Shown: one piece after another, positions 9,707 to 19,468 of the stretch
Layout: every line of letters begins with the position of its first letter
How positions within the stretch are numbered: position 1 is the stretch's first letter
Sequence record: PP579741.1
Length of the DNA stretch: 64,000 nt
Direction: 5' to 3' (one strand)
Source of the DNA: Enterobacter phage KKP_3711
Translations under genes and position numbers: made by a program
The notes under the pieces: model-generated
What the model saw: only the letters and a program-made list of their open reading frames with translations
The model's database searches: none
What the model was told of the DNA's origin: nothing

Positions 9707-11839
9707 ATGATTTCTAATACCGCTCCTGCCAAGATGGTGCTGCAATCCGCAGTCGCTGGATATACGATGATCTTCTTCCAGCACTCCATCTTTACAGATC
9801 CTGACGTATATGATAGATCTTTCTGGATTACTACAGGAAGCACAACGGTACGTAGGGATTATACAGATGTGTCTAAATTTACTATAACTCTTCTGGGTCT
9901 CTTAGCTGAGACCCAGTATAGTGTTCAAGGTGCATTCGTAGATAGTATTATAGATGAACAACTATTAGCTGCAAAATTCTCTTTAAACCTTTCTGATGTT
10001 GCAACGGTTAAAACAATTAAAAGACCAAAAATACTAACTGCAACATCCACTGCTCAACCTGTTGACGTGGGCGTAGGTTCTCCTGTAGTAGTTATTACTA
10101 CAGAAGGAGATGGAGATTTTTGTACAATTGAATTACAAAAAGTAGGAGAGACTACTTGGACTATTGCTTACCAAGGTCCTCTTCTTCCAACCATCCAATT
10201 TGGTGGTGTACCAATTGGAGATTATAAAGTAAGGATCTCAGGTCAAGTATCTATGCCAGACGGTGTTACTATTGATACCTCTGGAGTTGCACAATTTGCA
10301 GGTACTTTGACTGTTGCGTATAATTTCGTACCACCTTCTGCACCTACAGGTATCACCTTCAAAGTTGCGAATGTTAAGGATGGTAAGGAAAGATATGATT
10401 TACGTGTAGGATGGACGTGGACTAAAGGTAATGGGGCAAACGTTAGAGAATTCGTTCTAGAATATGTAGATTCTGCTGCATTTGCTGCATCTGGGTGGAC
10501 TAAATCTCAAAAGATAAACGTAGGCTCAGCTAAAGAAGCGACACTATTCTCCTTCCCGTTCAATGTGGAACATAAATTCCGAGTTACTGCTATTGCTTGG
10601 GGTCCAGCTACTCAAGATGCTACTCCTAGTGCTGTAGCAACATTTAGAATTACAGAATCTACTCCGATAGACAATAGCTTTATAAATGAAACTGGTATTG
10701 ATGTAAACTACGCATATATTATGGGTAAGTTGAAAGACGGAACAGCTTGGAAACAAACTTTCCTTCTAGATGCTAAAACTGGTGCCGTTGCTATTGGTTT
10801 ACTAGGTTCAGATGGTAGAGCTCCTATATCTTTTGATCCAGTTCAAAGAATTGTAAACGTTGACGGTAGAGTTATTACTAAAATAATCAACGCCGCAAGT
10901 TTTGTATTAACTAACTTAACAGGTCAAGATAACCCAGCATTATATACTCAGGGTAAAGCATATGGTGATAATAACTCCGGTGTTTGGATTGGTATGGATA
11001 ATGCCACTGCTAAACCAAAAGTAGATATAGGTGGTCCTACTCAGTATATTAGATTTGATGGTACTACATTAAGGATTGCTGGTCAAGTAGTAATTGGGAC
11101 GCCTACTGGTGATATTTCCTTAACGGAAGGTGTACAGGGTAAACAAACAGTATTTATCTATATATTAGGTACATCTATTCCTGCGAAGCCCACATCTTCA
11201 GCATATCCACCTCCAGGCTGGTCGAAATTACCTCCTAATAGAACTAATGCTACTCAGAATATTTATTCTTGTACAGGTCAAATAGATCCTGTAACTAATA
11301 CATTGTTATCTGGTACAGGTTGGTCAGATCCGGTGCAGTGGAGTGGTACTGAAGGTTCAGATGGGGCTCCTGGTTCTCCGGGTGCACCAGGGGCAACAGG
11401 CCCACAAGGTCCACAAGGACCACAAGGGCCGGCAGGTTCTAATGGTGCTGCAGGTGCTCGTGGCCCTGGGTTCTACGCGCAATCTATTGCGGGCTTAACA
11501 GCATTTAATACTACTCAAGCAAACTCATACTTCCAATCACTGTTTGGTACTGGACCTACACGTTATGATGTACTGACTCAGTATAACTCTAGTAACCCTG
11601 CAACTGCGTTTACTAGACAGTGGAATGGTTCTTCATGGATTGCTCCTGCTTTAGTAGTTCATGGTGATATGGTTGTTAATGGTACTATTACAGCACAAAA
11701 AATTGTTGCTAACTATGCTTTCTTTGCACAGTTAGGTGTAGATGTAATCTATAACAGGGCTGCTGCGCTAAGCACAAACCCAGAGAGTTCCTATACAATG
11801 AAAATTGATTTAGCAAACTCTTACATACATATACGATGA
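9707..11839 (+). CDS. pb4-like baseplate / central fibre protein with collagen-like repeat, 710 aa
   Basis: Position and size match T5 pb4 (~688 aa). It has FN3-like beta-rich segments. It also contains GSDGAPGSPGAPGATGPQGPQGPQGPAGSNGAAGARGPG, about 13 Gly-X-Y triplets. Confidence 0.6.
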   Translation: MISNTAPAKMVLQSAVAGYTMIFFQHSIFTDPDVYDRSFWITTGSTTVRRDYTDVSKFTITLLGLLAETQYSVQGAFVDSIIDEQLLAAKFSLNLSDVATVKTIKRPKILTATSTAQPVDVGVGSPVVVITTEGDGDFCTIELQKVGETTWTIAYQGPLLPTIQFGGVPIGDYKVRISGQVSMPDGVTIDTSGVAQFAGTLTVAYNFVPPSAPTGITFKVANVKDGKERYDLRVGWTWTKGNGANVREFVLEYVDSAAFAASGWTKSQKINVGSAKEATLFSFPFNVEHKFRVTAIAWGPATQDATPSAVATFRITESTPIDNSFINETGIDVNYAYIMGKLKDGTAWKQTFLLDAKTGAVAIGLLGSDGRAPISFDPVQRIVNVDGRVITKIINAASFVLTNLTGQDNPALYTQGKAYGDNNSGVWIGMDNATAKPKVDIGGPTQYIRFDGTTLRIAGQVVIGTPTGDISLTEGVQGKQTVFIYILGTSIPAKPTSSAYPPPGWSKLPPNRTNATQNIYSCTGQIDPVTNTLLSGTGWSDPVQWSGTEGSDGAPGSPGAPGATGPQGPQGPQGPAGSNGAAGARGPGFYAQSIAGLTAFNTTQANSYFQSLFGTGPTRYDVLTQYNSSNPATAFTRQWNGSSWIAPALVVHGDMVVNGTITAQKIVANYAFFAQLGVDVIYNRAAALSTNPESSYTMKIDLANSYIHIR

Positions 11840-12249
11840 GCATAGAGAATAAAATGGTTGACCTTAGCGTGGAGGCCAATATCCCTTACGGTTTATTAAT
11901 GCAGTTTGAGGATGTTGAAACGCTACTTGATTCTGAGAATATTGTTCCTATTAACTTAACAGGATCTACTTTCAAAGGAGCTATCAAAGCTTCCTTAGAT
12001 CCGGGAGCAGCTCTGTTGGAAACTTTTACCATCACAGTTGTAGACGCTGCTAGTGGGGTAGTTGCGGTAAGCTTATCCAAAACTCAAACAGCTAATCTTA
12101 CTACTAAAGCATCTAAGATAAGAGACAAGTATAATCCTAGGTTGCGTTTTGTTGGTTACTATGATATTATAATGACTAAGACAAGTAGTAATACTAACTT
12201 TAGAGTACTTGAAGGTAAAGTATATATTAGTGATGGAGTGACAACCTAA
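11836..12249 (+). CDS. collar / tail fibre attachment protein (p132-like), 137 aa
   Basis: T5 has p132 (~140 aa) between pb4 and the L-shaped tail fibre gene. The sequence is rich in predicted beta strands, consistent with an Ig-like fold. Confidence 0.5.
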   Translation: MSIENKMVDLSVEANIPYGLLMQFEDVETLLDSENIVPINLTGSTFKGAIKASLDPGAALLETFTITVVDAASGVVAVSLSKTQTANLTTKASKIRDKYNPRLRFVGYYDIIMTKTSSNTNFRVLEGKVYISDGVTT

Positions 12250-15200
12250 TGGCAACAACTACTCGTATAGTAATCCAGCAAGCTGTAAACTTAGATAAAA
12301 ATAATCTTACAGCTGGTAAGTATCCAAGATTCGTTGTGAGTCTTGGTTCTTCCATTACTGGTGTTACTATCAATGATTTAACAAACGCTATTCAGGAAAC
12401 AGCAGATAACGCAGCGGCTGCCGCTGCTTCTGCTACTGCTGCAAAAGCGTCTCAAGATGCTGCAAAAATTTCTGAGAATAATGCTCTAGCATCTCAGAAT
12501 GCTGCTAAAGCATCACAAACTGCGGCTAAAACGTCAGAAACAAATGCTAAGACTTCCGAGACTAACGCTAAAAATTCTGAAACTGCTGCAAAAACTGCTC
12601 AAACTGCTGCGGAACTAGCTGAAACAAACGCTGAGACTGCGGAAAGAAATGCTGCTGAAAGTGCTCGTTTAGCTAAAATATCCGAAACTAATGCTGCAAA
12701 CTCTGCTTCAGCTGCTGCTATTTCTGCAACTAACTCTTTTAACTCAGCAACACAATCTGCAACTTCAGCTACTAACTCTAAGAACTCTGCTGATGCTGCT
12801 GCTGCATCCGCTACTGCTGCTGCTAATAGTGCAACAAAAGCTGCTACTTCTGAAGATGAAGCTGCTGACCACGTAGTAGATGCTGCTGCCGAAGCTGATA
12901 GAGCTAAAGCAGAAGCTGATCGTGCACAATCCGTTGTTGATGCTGCTCTAGATGCTGAAGATATTGCGGGGTTCTATAAATCTTACAAGACTAAAGCTGA
13001 GGCTGATGCTGACGTTGCTAACCGTGTTGTTGATGAAGTAGTTCAGGTTTGGAATCAGACAGCTGCACAATATGGCTGGTATAAAGTAATTTCAACAAAC
13101 GGAACTAAATCTTTACAATTGGTTGAAACAGAGAATAAACTTATATCTGTTAATAACATTAAAGCAGACACTAATGGTAACGTACAGGTAACTATTCCTG
13201 GTGGTAATCCATCTCTGTGGCTTGGTGAAGTTACTCTGTTCCCATATAGAAGCACTGATACCGTTGGTTACTCTGGTATCCTTCTAGCGGATGGTCGTTT
13301 ACTTAACCGTGCAGATTATCCAGATTTATGGGCTTCTATTTCTGCTGGACTTATTCCTTCAGTTTCAGAAACTGAATGGCAAGCTGGTCAAAATCAGTTC
13401 TACTCTACAGGTAATGGAACAACGACTTTCCGTTTACCTAATATGCTTCAAGGTCAGGCTCTTCGTTCAGCCACAGCTGGTGAAACTGGCACTGGTGCCA
13501 TTAAGGCTCAGATCCCTTACATCACTACAGTTAACGGCAAAGCTCCTGCCGATGCTACCGGTGCTATAACATTAGCAATTGGCGATGTAGTATCTGGTGG
13601 TATTATCCCTATAGCTAATGGTGGTACAGGAGCTAATACTGCGGCAAATGCTAGAACTAATCTAGGGGTAGATCGTTTTTCTCAAGGTAGTACTGTTACT
13701 TATATTTACAGTGCAAATAACTCCCATACTGTACAGGTAGCTGACAATGGTTTGTGGGGATGCTACAAACAAGGAACTGGTTGGAATGCTTTAGGTATAG
13801 CCCAAGGCGGTACAGGAGCTCTTAATGCTGCTGATGCTAGAGTTAATCTAATTTTAGATAGACTTGTACAAACTTCAGCTAGTACAAACTTAAACTTCCC
13901 TACAAAAAATGCTGCATTAGTTCTTAGAGATTCAGATCTTGCTTGGGGTGTTTTTGATAATAGTGCAAATGCTTGGCAAGCTCTAGGCATTGGACAGGGC
14001 GGTACTGGTGGCAGAACTTCTTTAGAAGCACTAAATAATCTTGGTATTCCTGGTATTGGTAAAAGTTTTGGAGATGATGCTCCACTAAATGCTAACTCAA
14101 TAGCTATTAACGGTATTTTTGCAGGTGCAGGTGTTAATGGAGTTAACTGGGGACAGCAATATTCTCCTTTATTACATATGGTTAGATTTGCAGGTGGTGC
14201 ATCAGGCCAGATGCAGATTACTGGAGATGGTTATGTTTGGTTCCGTGGTAGTGCTAATGGTACTTCATGGACTGCTTGGAAATTAGCACTTCTAACCGGA
14301 GATTATGGTGTTGGACTTTCTGGTGAGTCTTTACCAGGATCTGATTGGGGTAGTAGATTCATATCTACATCTAATGCTAGTTCTGACTGGACTCCAGCAA
14401 ACGGTGCAGGTTTCCAAAGTTCTTATGCAAACAATCGTTCTGCTCAGCTGTGGATGAATACCTCTGGAGAATTATACGGACGTTTTAATATGTCTACCTC
14501 TCCACAAGCTACAAAAGCTGCATCTCCTTGGAAACGCTATTTAAATGAGTCCGATGTCTCTAATTTCTTTAGATCTGGTGGTAGTATTGGTACTGGCTCC
14601 CTTAATGTATTAAGAGGGGACTTATCTGGTGTTTATCTGCAAAGTATGAATGCTAATGCTACTCCTGCTTTAGGTTATTCCCCAAATATGCAAGCCGGTA
14701 GTTTACTAGTTCTTCAAAATGGCGCCAATGGTGCATATGGTGCTACACAGCTATATTTCAACTATTTAGGCTCTGGCGGGCTATTCTTCCGTAGATTATT
14801 AGCGTCTGATGGTGGTGCTGTAGAACCCGGCGGTAACGGAGCTGGCTGGAGAGAAATTTGCTCTAATAATGGTGATGTTTGTGGAGGAAGCACTCCAACT
14901 ATCACAGATTGGAATAGTTTTATACCTAACCATACTGGTTTTGGTTATGGAGGAGGTACTACAAACTCTCCTGGAACAAATGGTATAGTCAGAACAGATA
15001 GTAATCATAGATTTTATGAGTATAAGTCCCAGATAGCTCACGATTATGCTACCGGTAGAATGTTTATTAGAACATTCAATGCGGACTCTGTTAAAACTTG
15101 GACTGCTTGGAAAGAAGTTACAACTACTGCTGCTTCTGATGAAAACCTAAAAGAAATAAAAGGTGATTTAAACGTTGAAGGTGCATTAGACAATATAAAC

Positions 15201-15494
15201 AGAATGGACTTCAAACTGTTTAGATTCTTAGATGATGAACCTGATCGTAGTGCAAGACGAGGAGTTATCTCTCAGCAAATCAGACTGATTGATAAAGAGT
15301 ATACTAGAAAAGTAGGCGAATATTGGCACCTTGACCAAACTCCTATGCTTCTAGATGGTCTGGCAGCTATCAAAGCCCTGAGAGCTAGAGACGTAGAGAA
15401 CAAAGAGAGAATCTCTAATTTAGAAAGTGAATTAGATGCATTAAAATCTCTAGTTCAATCTTTACTTCCAAAAGAAGAGGAGACTTCTGAATAA
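12249..15494 (+). CDS. ltfA: L-shaped tail fibre protein A (LtfA) with C-terminal intramolecular chaperone, 1081 aa
   Basis: The N-terminal region is an Ala/Ser/Thr-rich coiled coil built from repeated SETNAK/AAKASQ units. It carries several phage-fibre repeats of the form GGTGA..A..AR.NLG. The C-terminal 119 aa (15135..15491) begin at SDENLKEIKG, which is the conserved autocleavage-site Ser of S74 / endosialidase-type intramolecular chaperones. Confidence 0.8.
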   Translation: MATTTRIVIQQAVNLDKNNLTAGKYPRFVVSLGSSITGVTINDLTNAIQETADNAAAAAASATAAKASQDAAKISENNALASQNAAKASQTAAKTSETNAKTSETNAKNSETAAKTAQTAAELAETNAETAERNAAESARLAKISETNAANSASAAAISATNSFNSATQSATSATNSKNSADAAAASATAAANSATKAATSEDEAADHVVDAAAEADRAKAEADRAQSVVDAALDAEDIAGFYKSYKTKAEADADVANRVVDEVVQVWNQTAAQYGWYKVISTNGTKSLQLVETENKLISVNNIKADTNGNVQVTIPGGNPSLWLGEVTLFPYRSTDTVGYSGILLADGRLLNRADYPDLWASISAGLIPSVSETEWQAGQNQFYSTGNGTTTFRLPNMLQGQALRSATAGETGTGAIKAQIPYITTVNGKAPADATGAITLAIGDVVSGGIIPIANGGTGANTAANARTNLGVDRFSQGSTVTYIYSANNSHTVQVADNGLWGCYKQGTGWNALGIAQGGTGALNAADARVNLILDRLVQTSASTNLNFPTKNAALVLRDSDLAWGVFDNSANAWQALGIGQGGTGGRTSLEALNNLGIPGIGKSFGDDAPLNANSIAINGIFAGAGVNGVNWGQQYSPLLHMVRFAGGASGQMQITGDGYVWFRGSANGTSWTAWKLALLTGDYGVGLSGESLPGSDWGSRFISTSNASSDWTPANGAGFQSSYANNRSAQLWMNTSGELYGRFNMSTSPQATKAASPWKRYLNESDVSNFFRSGGSIGTGSLNVLRGDLSGVYLQSMNANATPALGYSPNMQAGSLLVLQNGANGAYGATQLYFNYLGSGGLFFRRLLASDGGAVEPGGNGAGWREICSNNGDVCGGSTPTITDWNSFIPNHTGFGYGGGTTNSPGTNGIVRTDSNHRFYEYKSQIAHDYATGRMFIRTFNADSVKTWTAWKEVTTTAASDENLKEIKGDLNVEGALDNINRMDFKLFRFLDDEPDRSARRGVISQQIRLIDKEYTRKVGEYWHLDQTPMLLDGLAAIKALRARDVENKERISNLESELDALKSLVQSLLPKEEETSE

Positions 15495-17422
15495 TGGCAC
15501 GTAATTTTATGCCACAAAGTGGGGCGCTTGCGCCCTACGTTGTTGTTAATAGAGACGCCGCTGTGGCCGGCGTTTTCTCTGTTGACGGACTGAGAGGTTC
15601 GGTAGACTTAACTACTAAATATCTAACAATTGCAAACTTTAATGCTTATAAAACCACGACCGATGGTTCTATCTCTAGTATCAATCAGTCAATTACTGCT
15701 TTAAATACTGCTGTAAGTAATAAAGCAGCTAAAGGTGCTAATAGCGATATTACTTCTATTACTGGACTTACCACTGCATTAGGTATCGCTTATGGTGGTA
15801 CTGGTGGTAAAACAGCGGCTGAAGCTAGAACTAATCTAGGATTAACCACCGCTGCCACTACCTCTATTGGTACTGATGGTGCTCGTATACCTTTGCTTAA
15901 TGGAGTGAATACCTGGGCAACTAATCAAACTTTTAGTGGTACGCAAACAATATTCTCTAACATTAATCCTGGTGGTATAGAGATTGGTAGTTACGGAACG
16001 GCAGGAGTGGCGTATATTGACTTACATAGTTCTGGTACGGGTAATGACTATGATGTTCGTATACGATCAGATGGGGGTAATAATACGGCGGGTAGAGGTA
16101 CATTATCTATAGCTGCTGATTTAGTAAAACTTCCAGCATTAGAATTAACTTCTCCTTTAGGTATCGCTTATGGTGGTACAGGGGCAGTTAGTGCAGAAGG
16201 TGCCAGAACTAATCTAGGTTTAGGAACTAATGCAAACGCTGTATTTAGTAATTTATCTGTACCTAACGGGATATATATTACAACTTCTGATAGTGGTTCA
16301 AACCCTTCTGCACCTATAGTGGCTAAGATAATGGCTGCCAATGGTACCGACACTTTAGGTCAAGCAGAATTTAGAGCCGATAGGAATGGTAATCTATCTC
16401 TTATTAATAGAACGGATCCTTCTAGGCCTCAATTCATGACATTAGATACTACCGGTATGCTATCTGCTCCTGCATTCCAAGCTAGTGGCACAAGCAGGCT
16501 TAGTAGTTTAGAAGTAGGTATAACTACACCTAATACTGCATCTTTTATAGATTGGCACTATAGTGGTAGCTACGATTATGATTTTCGTATATTATGTAGT
16601 TCTTCTGGATCTGGTATAGGTAAAGGTGCTGTTAATTTTTATGGTGGAGTTTACACCTTTGCTGGGGATTCTTTCATATTTAATAACCCTATCACTTCCC
16701 AAAATACTATTACAGCAGAAGGAGAACTTAGAGGAGCTTCAGTAAGAACTACTTCTGGCACCGCGCTTCGTTCTGGTACCTCTAATGGTTGTTATGCGTC
16801 TGTTAGTGCAGAATCTGGATATGTATTATTGTGGAGACGAAATGATCCTGGTACTAAATCAGATGAATTTTTAGGTATAAGAAATACTGGTGATGCTATT
16901 TTCCGTCAATCAACAGGTGCTTCTACTTATGTTGATAGAATTATCTGGCACCAGGGAAATACAACTGTAGATGCTAACGGTTTTATTAAAAGAGCTTCTC
17001 CTATTGTTAAGATCTTCAATGATGATTTCTCTGTAAATGAAGAATCAGAAGGTTGTACAGTAACTCATGTTGAGACTGGAGTATACAGAATAAACGGATG
17101 TCTAGGTCTTTCTGCTGACTTAGCTTGGGGTGGTGTGAATGGTGGTATTGAAGTTCCTAAGGATATCAATGGTCAGCCATTACTATGGGTAGATTATAAG
17201 GTAGATAGTGAAGGTACTATTATTCTTAAAACTTATCATAGAGAACACCCTGAGTCTCCTGCTTTTGCACAGAATAAGCGTGAAGGATACTCAAATGGAG
17301 ATCCTATCGATATTCCATTTGATGTTTTCGTTTCTGTTCGTGTGGAAATGCCAGAAGATTCCAAATACAATCTTTGGAAACAGCAAGAAGCTAAGCTTAA
17401 TGCTGAGTCTGAAGAAGAGTAA
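15494..17422 (+). CDS. ltfB: L-shaped tail fibre protein B (LtfB), 642 aa
   Basis: Its start overlaps the LtfA stop (TAATG). The same fibre repeats appear (GIAYGGTGGKTAAEARTNLGL and GIAYGGTGAVSAEGARTNLGLG). This two-gene fibre arrangement is the one described for DT57C-type T5-like phages. Confidence 0.7.
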   Translation: MARNFMPQSGALAPYVVVNRDAAVAGVFSVDGLRGSVDLTTKYLTIANFNAYKTTTDGSISSINQSITALNTAVSNKAAKGANSDITSITGLTTALGIAYGGTGGKTAAEARTNLGLTTAATTSIGTDGARIPLLNGVNTWATNQTFSGTQTIFSNINPGGIEIGSYGTAGVAYIDLHSSGTGNDYDVRIRSDGGNNTAGRGTLSIAADLVKLPALELTSPLGIAYGGTGAVSAEGARTNLGLGTNANAVFSNLSVPNGIYITTSDSGSNPSAPIVAKIMAANGTDTLGQAEFRADRNGNLSLINRTDPSRPQFMTLDTTGMLSAPAFQASGTSRLSSLEVGITTPNTASFIDWHYSGSYDYDFRILCSSSGSGIGKGAVNFYGGVYTFAGDSFIFNNPITSQNTITAEGELRGASVRTTSGTALRSGTSNGCYASVSAESGYVLLWRRNDPGTKSDEFLGIRNTGDAIFRQSTGASTYVDRIIWHQGNTTVDANGFIKRASPIVKIFNDDFSVNEESEGCTVTHVETGVYRINGCLGLSADLAWGGVNGGIEVPKDINGQPLLWVDYKVDSEGTIILKTYHREHPESPAFAQNKREGYSNGDPIDIPFDVFVSVRVEMPEDSKYNLWKQQEAKLNAESEEE

Positions 17423-17460
17423 TAAAAAAGCCCAAGTGAATTTCACTTGGGCTTTTCTTT
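17423..17460. terminator. bidirectional rho-independent terminator where the late (+) and early (-) transcription units converge
   Basis: AAGCCCAAGTGAA-t-TTCACTTGGGCTT perfect palindrome with an A-run on the 5' side and a T-run on the 3' side. Confidence 0.65.
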
Positions 17461-17699
17461 TAGCTGTCTCTAGATCCTGCGAGAATACCTAAATTAAATA
17501 TAGTTAGCATAATATGAAATAGTGGTTCATTGGAAGTTTCGCAAACATGCACAAAACCATCTTCATCCCACTCTAATATATTACCTTCCATATCAACTTT
17601 TAAAATATCTCTACCCTTTTCATCACGAAGTACATGATATTTTCCATTTTCGGTAGGATCGTTTTTAATTTCGTCCTGAGTGTCCGAATCCATTTTCAC
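17460..17699 (-). CDS. hypothetical protein, 79 aa
   Basis: ORF immediately downstream of dut on the - strand. No motif. The start may be an internal Met. Confidence 0.35.
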   Translation of the reverse strand: MKMDSDTQDEIKNDPTENGKYHVLRDEKGRDILKVDMEGNILEWDEDGFVHVCETSNEPLFHIMLTIFNLGILAGSRDS

Positions 17700-18117
17700 C
17701 TCGTTTAGTTTCTTCTAAGGACTCTACACGTTCACGTAGCATCGGTGGGAAGTGGGGAACAATAACCATCTGACAAATACGGTCGAAATTGTACAATAGC
17801 TGTGTTTCAGTTCCATAGTTATGAACACGGAGTTTAACTTCACCAGTATAATCAGAGTCAATAACGCCGATAGTATTTTCTAACATTATACGAAGTTTAC
17901 CAGTAGAGCTACGTGGAGTCACTAAGCCCACCCACAGTTTAGGAATTTTAAACTTAACTCCCGTACCAATTACAATTGTATCTCCTGGATGAAGTTCAAT
18001 AGCTTCAACTCTGGGTTTAGGGCCGATAAAGATCCTAAGATCTAAACCGGCTGCATCTTCTGAACCTACAAAGGGTTCACAGCGATCGTCAGATAATACA
18101 TACTCTAATTTATTCAT
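17665..18117 (-). CDS. dut: dUTP pyrophosphatase
   Basis: dUTPase motifs are present (AAGLDLR and a GLV.PRSS-like motif III). At 150 aa it matches the size of the T5 dut protein. Confidence 0.8.
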   Translation of the reverse strand: MNKLEYVLSDDRCEPFVGSEDAAGLDLRIFIGPKPRVEAIELHPGDTIVIGTGVKFKIPKLWVGLVTPRSSTGKLRIMLENTIGVIDSDYTGEVKLRVHNYGTETQLLYNFDRICQMVIVPHFPPMLRERVESLEETKRGENGFGHSGRN

Positions 18118-18983
18118 ACTAATTTACGTAGCTCCTGTACAAACTCTTCCAAATATCCTGCGGCTTCTACAGCTTCTTCGCAGAAGGAAGGTAAATCAAC
18201 TAATTGAATGTTTCGTTCTATAAGATCATAAGACTCATTGAGATTCTTAATGAACATCTGTTTCCCTGGTAAAGGAATATTATCTAAGATTCCTATGACA
18301 TCTCCATACTCACGAAGTAGACCATAACAACGCTTAGGACCAATACCATCTACACCTCTAATATTATCTCCAAGATCCCCTTGGATTGCTTTCAGAGATA
18401 TAAACTGTTCAACTGTATCTACGCCATGTTCTTCATACATAGTTTCAGTAGTATATTCTCTACGAGTTTTATAAGAGAAACGTTTCACACGTCCTTTATC
18501 TGCAAGAAGAGTGTCCCAGTCACCATCGGTAGATACTAACCAAATTGTATCGTAAGTATCTTCCTCTAGCATTACTTTAACAATAACGCCAGCTAAGTCA
18601 TCTGCTTCCACACCTTTTTGATAGAAAGTTGGGAATGTAGTTTCACAAAGTTTTAGAGCTTCATGGTAGTATTCAAAGAATATACGATCATCTTCCTTCT
18701 CGTCGTCTGTCTTATTAGCAAACCTTTCATCGCGGTTCGCCTTGTATTCAGGAAAAATTTCTTTACGAAAAATTGATTTTCCTTTATCAGTCACTATGAT
18801 GACACGTCTTGCACCGTAAGATTGTGCAAGAGATTGTACGGTACGAACGTAGTCAGAGGCAAATGGCTTGCGCTTATTATGTTTCCAGCGGAATGCCAAG
18901 TTCAATCCATCAACTACTAACAGATTATTGTTTCGACCGGCTCGTTCGTTAAATTCTGCTTGAGATTGTTTCCAACTTTTCAT
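18114..18983 (-). CDS. flap endonuclease / 5'-3' exonuclease (T5 D15-like), 289 aa
   Basis: Its N-terminus and acidic cluster resemble the 5' nuclease domain of the PolI family. The size is that of T5 D15 (291 aa). A C-terminal helix-3-turn-helix motif is present (GIGPKRCYGLL). Confidence 0.85.
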   Translation of the reverse strand: MKSWKQSQAEFNERAGRNNNLLVVDGLNLAFRWKHNKRKPFASDYVRTVQSLAQSYGARRVIIVTDKGKSIFRKEIFPEYKANRDERFANKTDDEKEDDRIFFEYYHEALKLCETTFPTFYQKGVEADDLAGVIVKVMLEEDTYDTIWLVSTDGDWDTLLADKGRVKRFSYKTRREYTTETMYEEHGVDTVEQFISLKAIQGDLGDNIRGVDGIGPKRCYGLLREYGDVIGILDNIPLPGKQMFIKNLNESYDLIERNIQLVDLPSFCEEAVEAAGYLEEFVQELRKLV

Positions 18984-19468
18984 TAAACAACTAAATCCTC
19001 TAAGTTCGCCTCAGCCAACCACGGTTTAAATTTACCAATTATAATACCCGTTGTCATTCTGGACGATCTGAATGTTAAGTAAGCATTATCCATTAGGTAT
19101 GCAGCATTTTCGTCGTCTTCCCACAGAGCCATTAACCATTCACCCCTGTCTTTCTTGAAGACTAACATAGACTTGCTATTCATTTCACCAGCTTCTCTAA
19201 CTGTCTGATCCCACCATTTTTCTAAGGTAGATACTGTTGCATTTGTTAGATTACTAGTTATTGTATCATCTTTATAATGCTTAACTTCAATACAATATAG
19301 ACTACGTTTATTGGTGGAGATTGGGAGATAAATATCTCCCTTTAATCCGTGTTGTGCACCAAAGCCACCTGAGCCGGGAACTCGTTCCCAGCCTAAACCA
19401 GTTTTTTCTCTTAATAGATCACGTACATCATATTCGGCACGCTTACCTTTATCTCTACTATCAACCAT
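18983..19468 (-). CDS. D14-like protein, putative PD-(D/E)xK nuclease, 161 aa
   Basis: A GDIYLP...CIEVKHYKDD motif resembles a PD-(D/E)xK nuclease core. It sits between D15 and D13 as in T5. Confidence 0.45.
   Translation of the reverse strand: MVDSRDKGKRAEYDVRDLLREKTGLGWERVPGSGGFGAQHGLKGDIYLPISTNKRSLYCIEVKHYKDDTITSNLTNATVSTLEKWWDQTVREAGEMNSKSMLVFKKDRGEWLMALWEDDENAAYLMDNAYLTFRSSRMTTGIIIGKFKPWLAEANLEDLVV

Noticed and set aside
1262-10756. Antisense or alternative-frame ORFs inside tail genes (1262..1447, 2867..3094, 5280..5492, 6218..6469, 7136..7345, 7593..7784, 9581..9784, 10544..10756)
   Set aside because: All are 60-83 aa. They are embedded in long, well-supported structural genes on the opposite strand and have no SD or motif.
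12691-12876. 61-aa Leu/Gln-rich ORF (MLQTLLQLLLFLQ...) and the other short ORFs inside ltfA (13055..13255, 13291..13569, 13763..13990, 14799..15041)
   Set aside because: These are alternative-frame or antisense artefacts of the Ala/Ser/Thr-rich fibre repeats (GCT/GCA-rich DNA). They lie entirely inside a well-supported 1081-aa gene.
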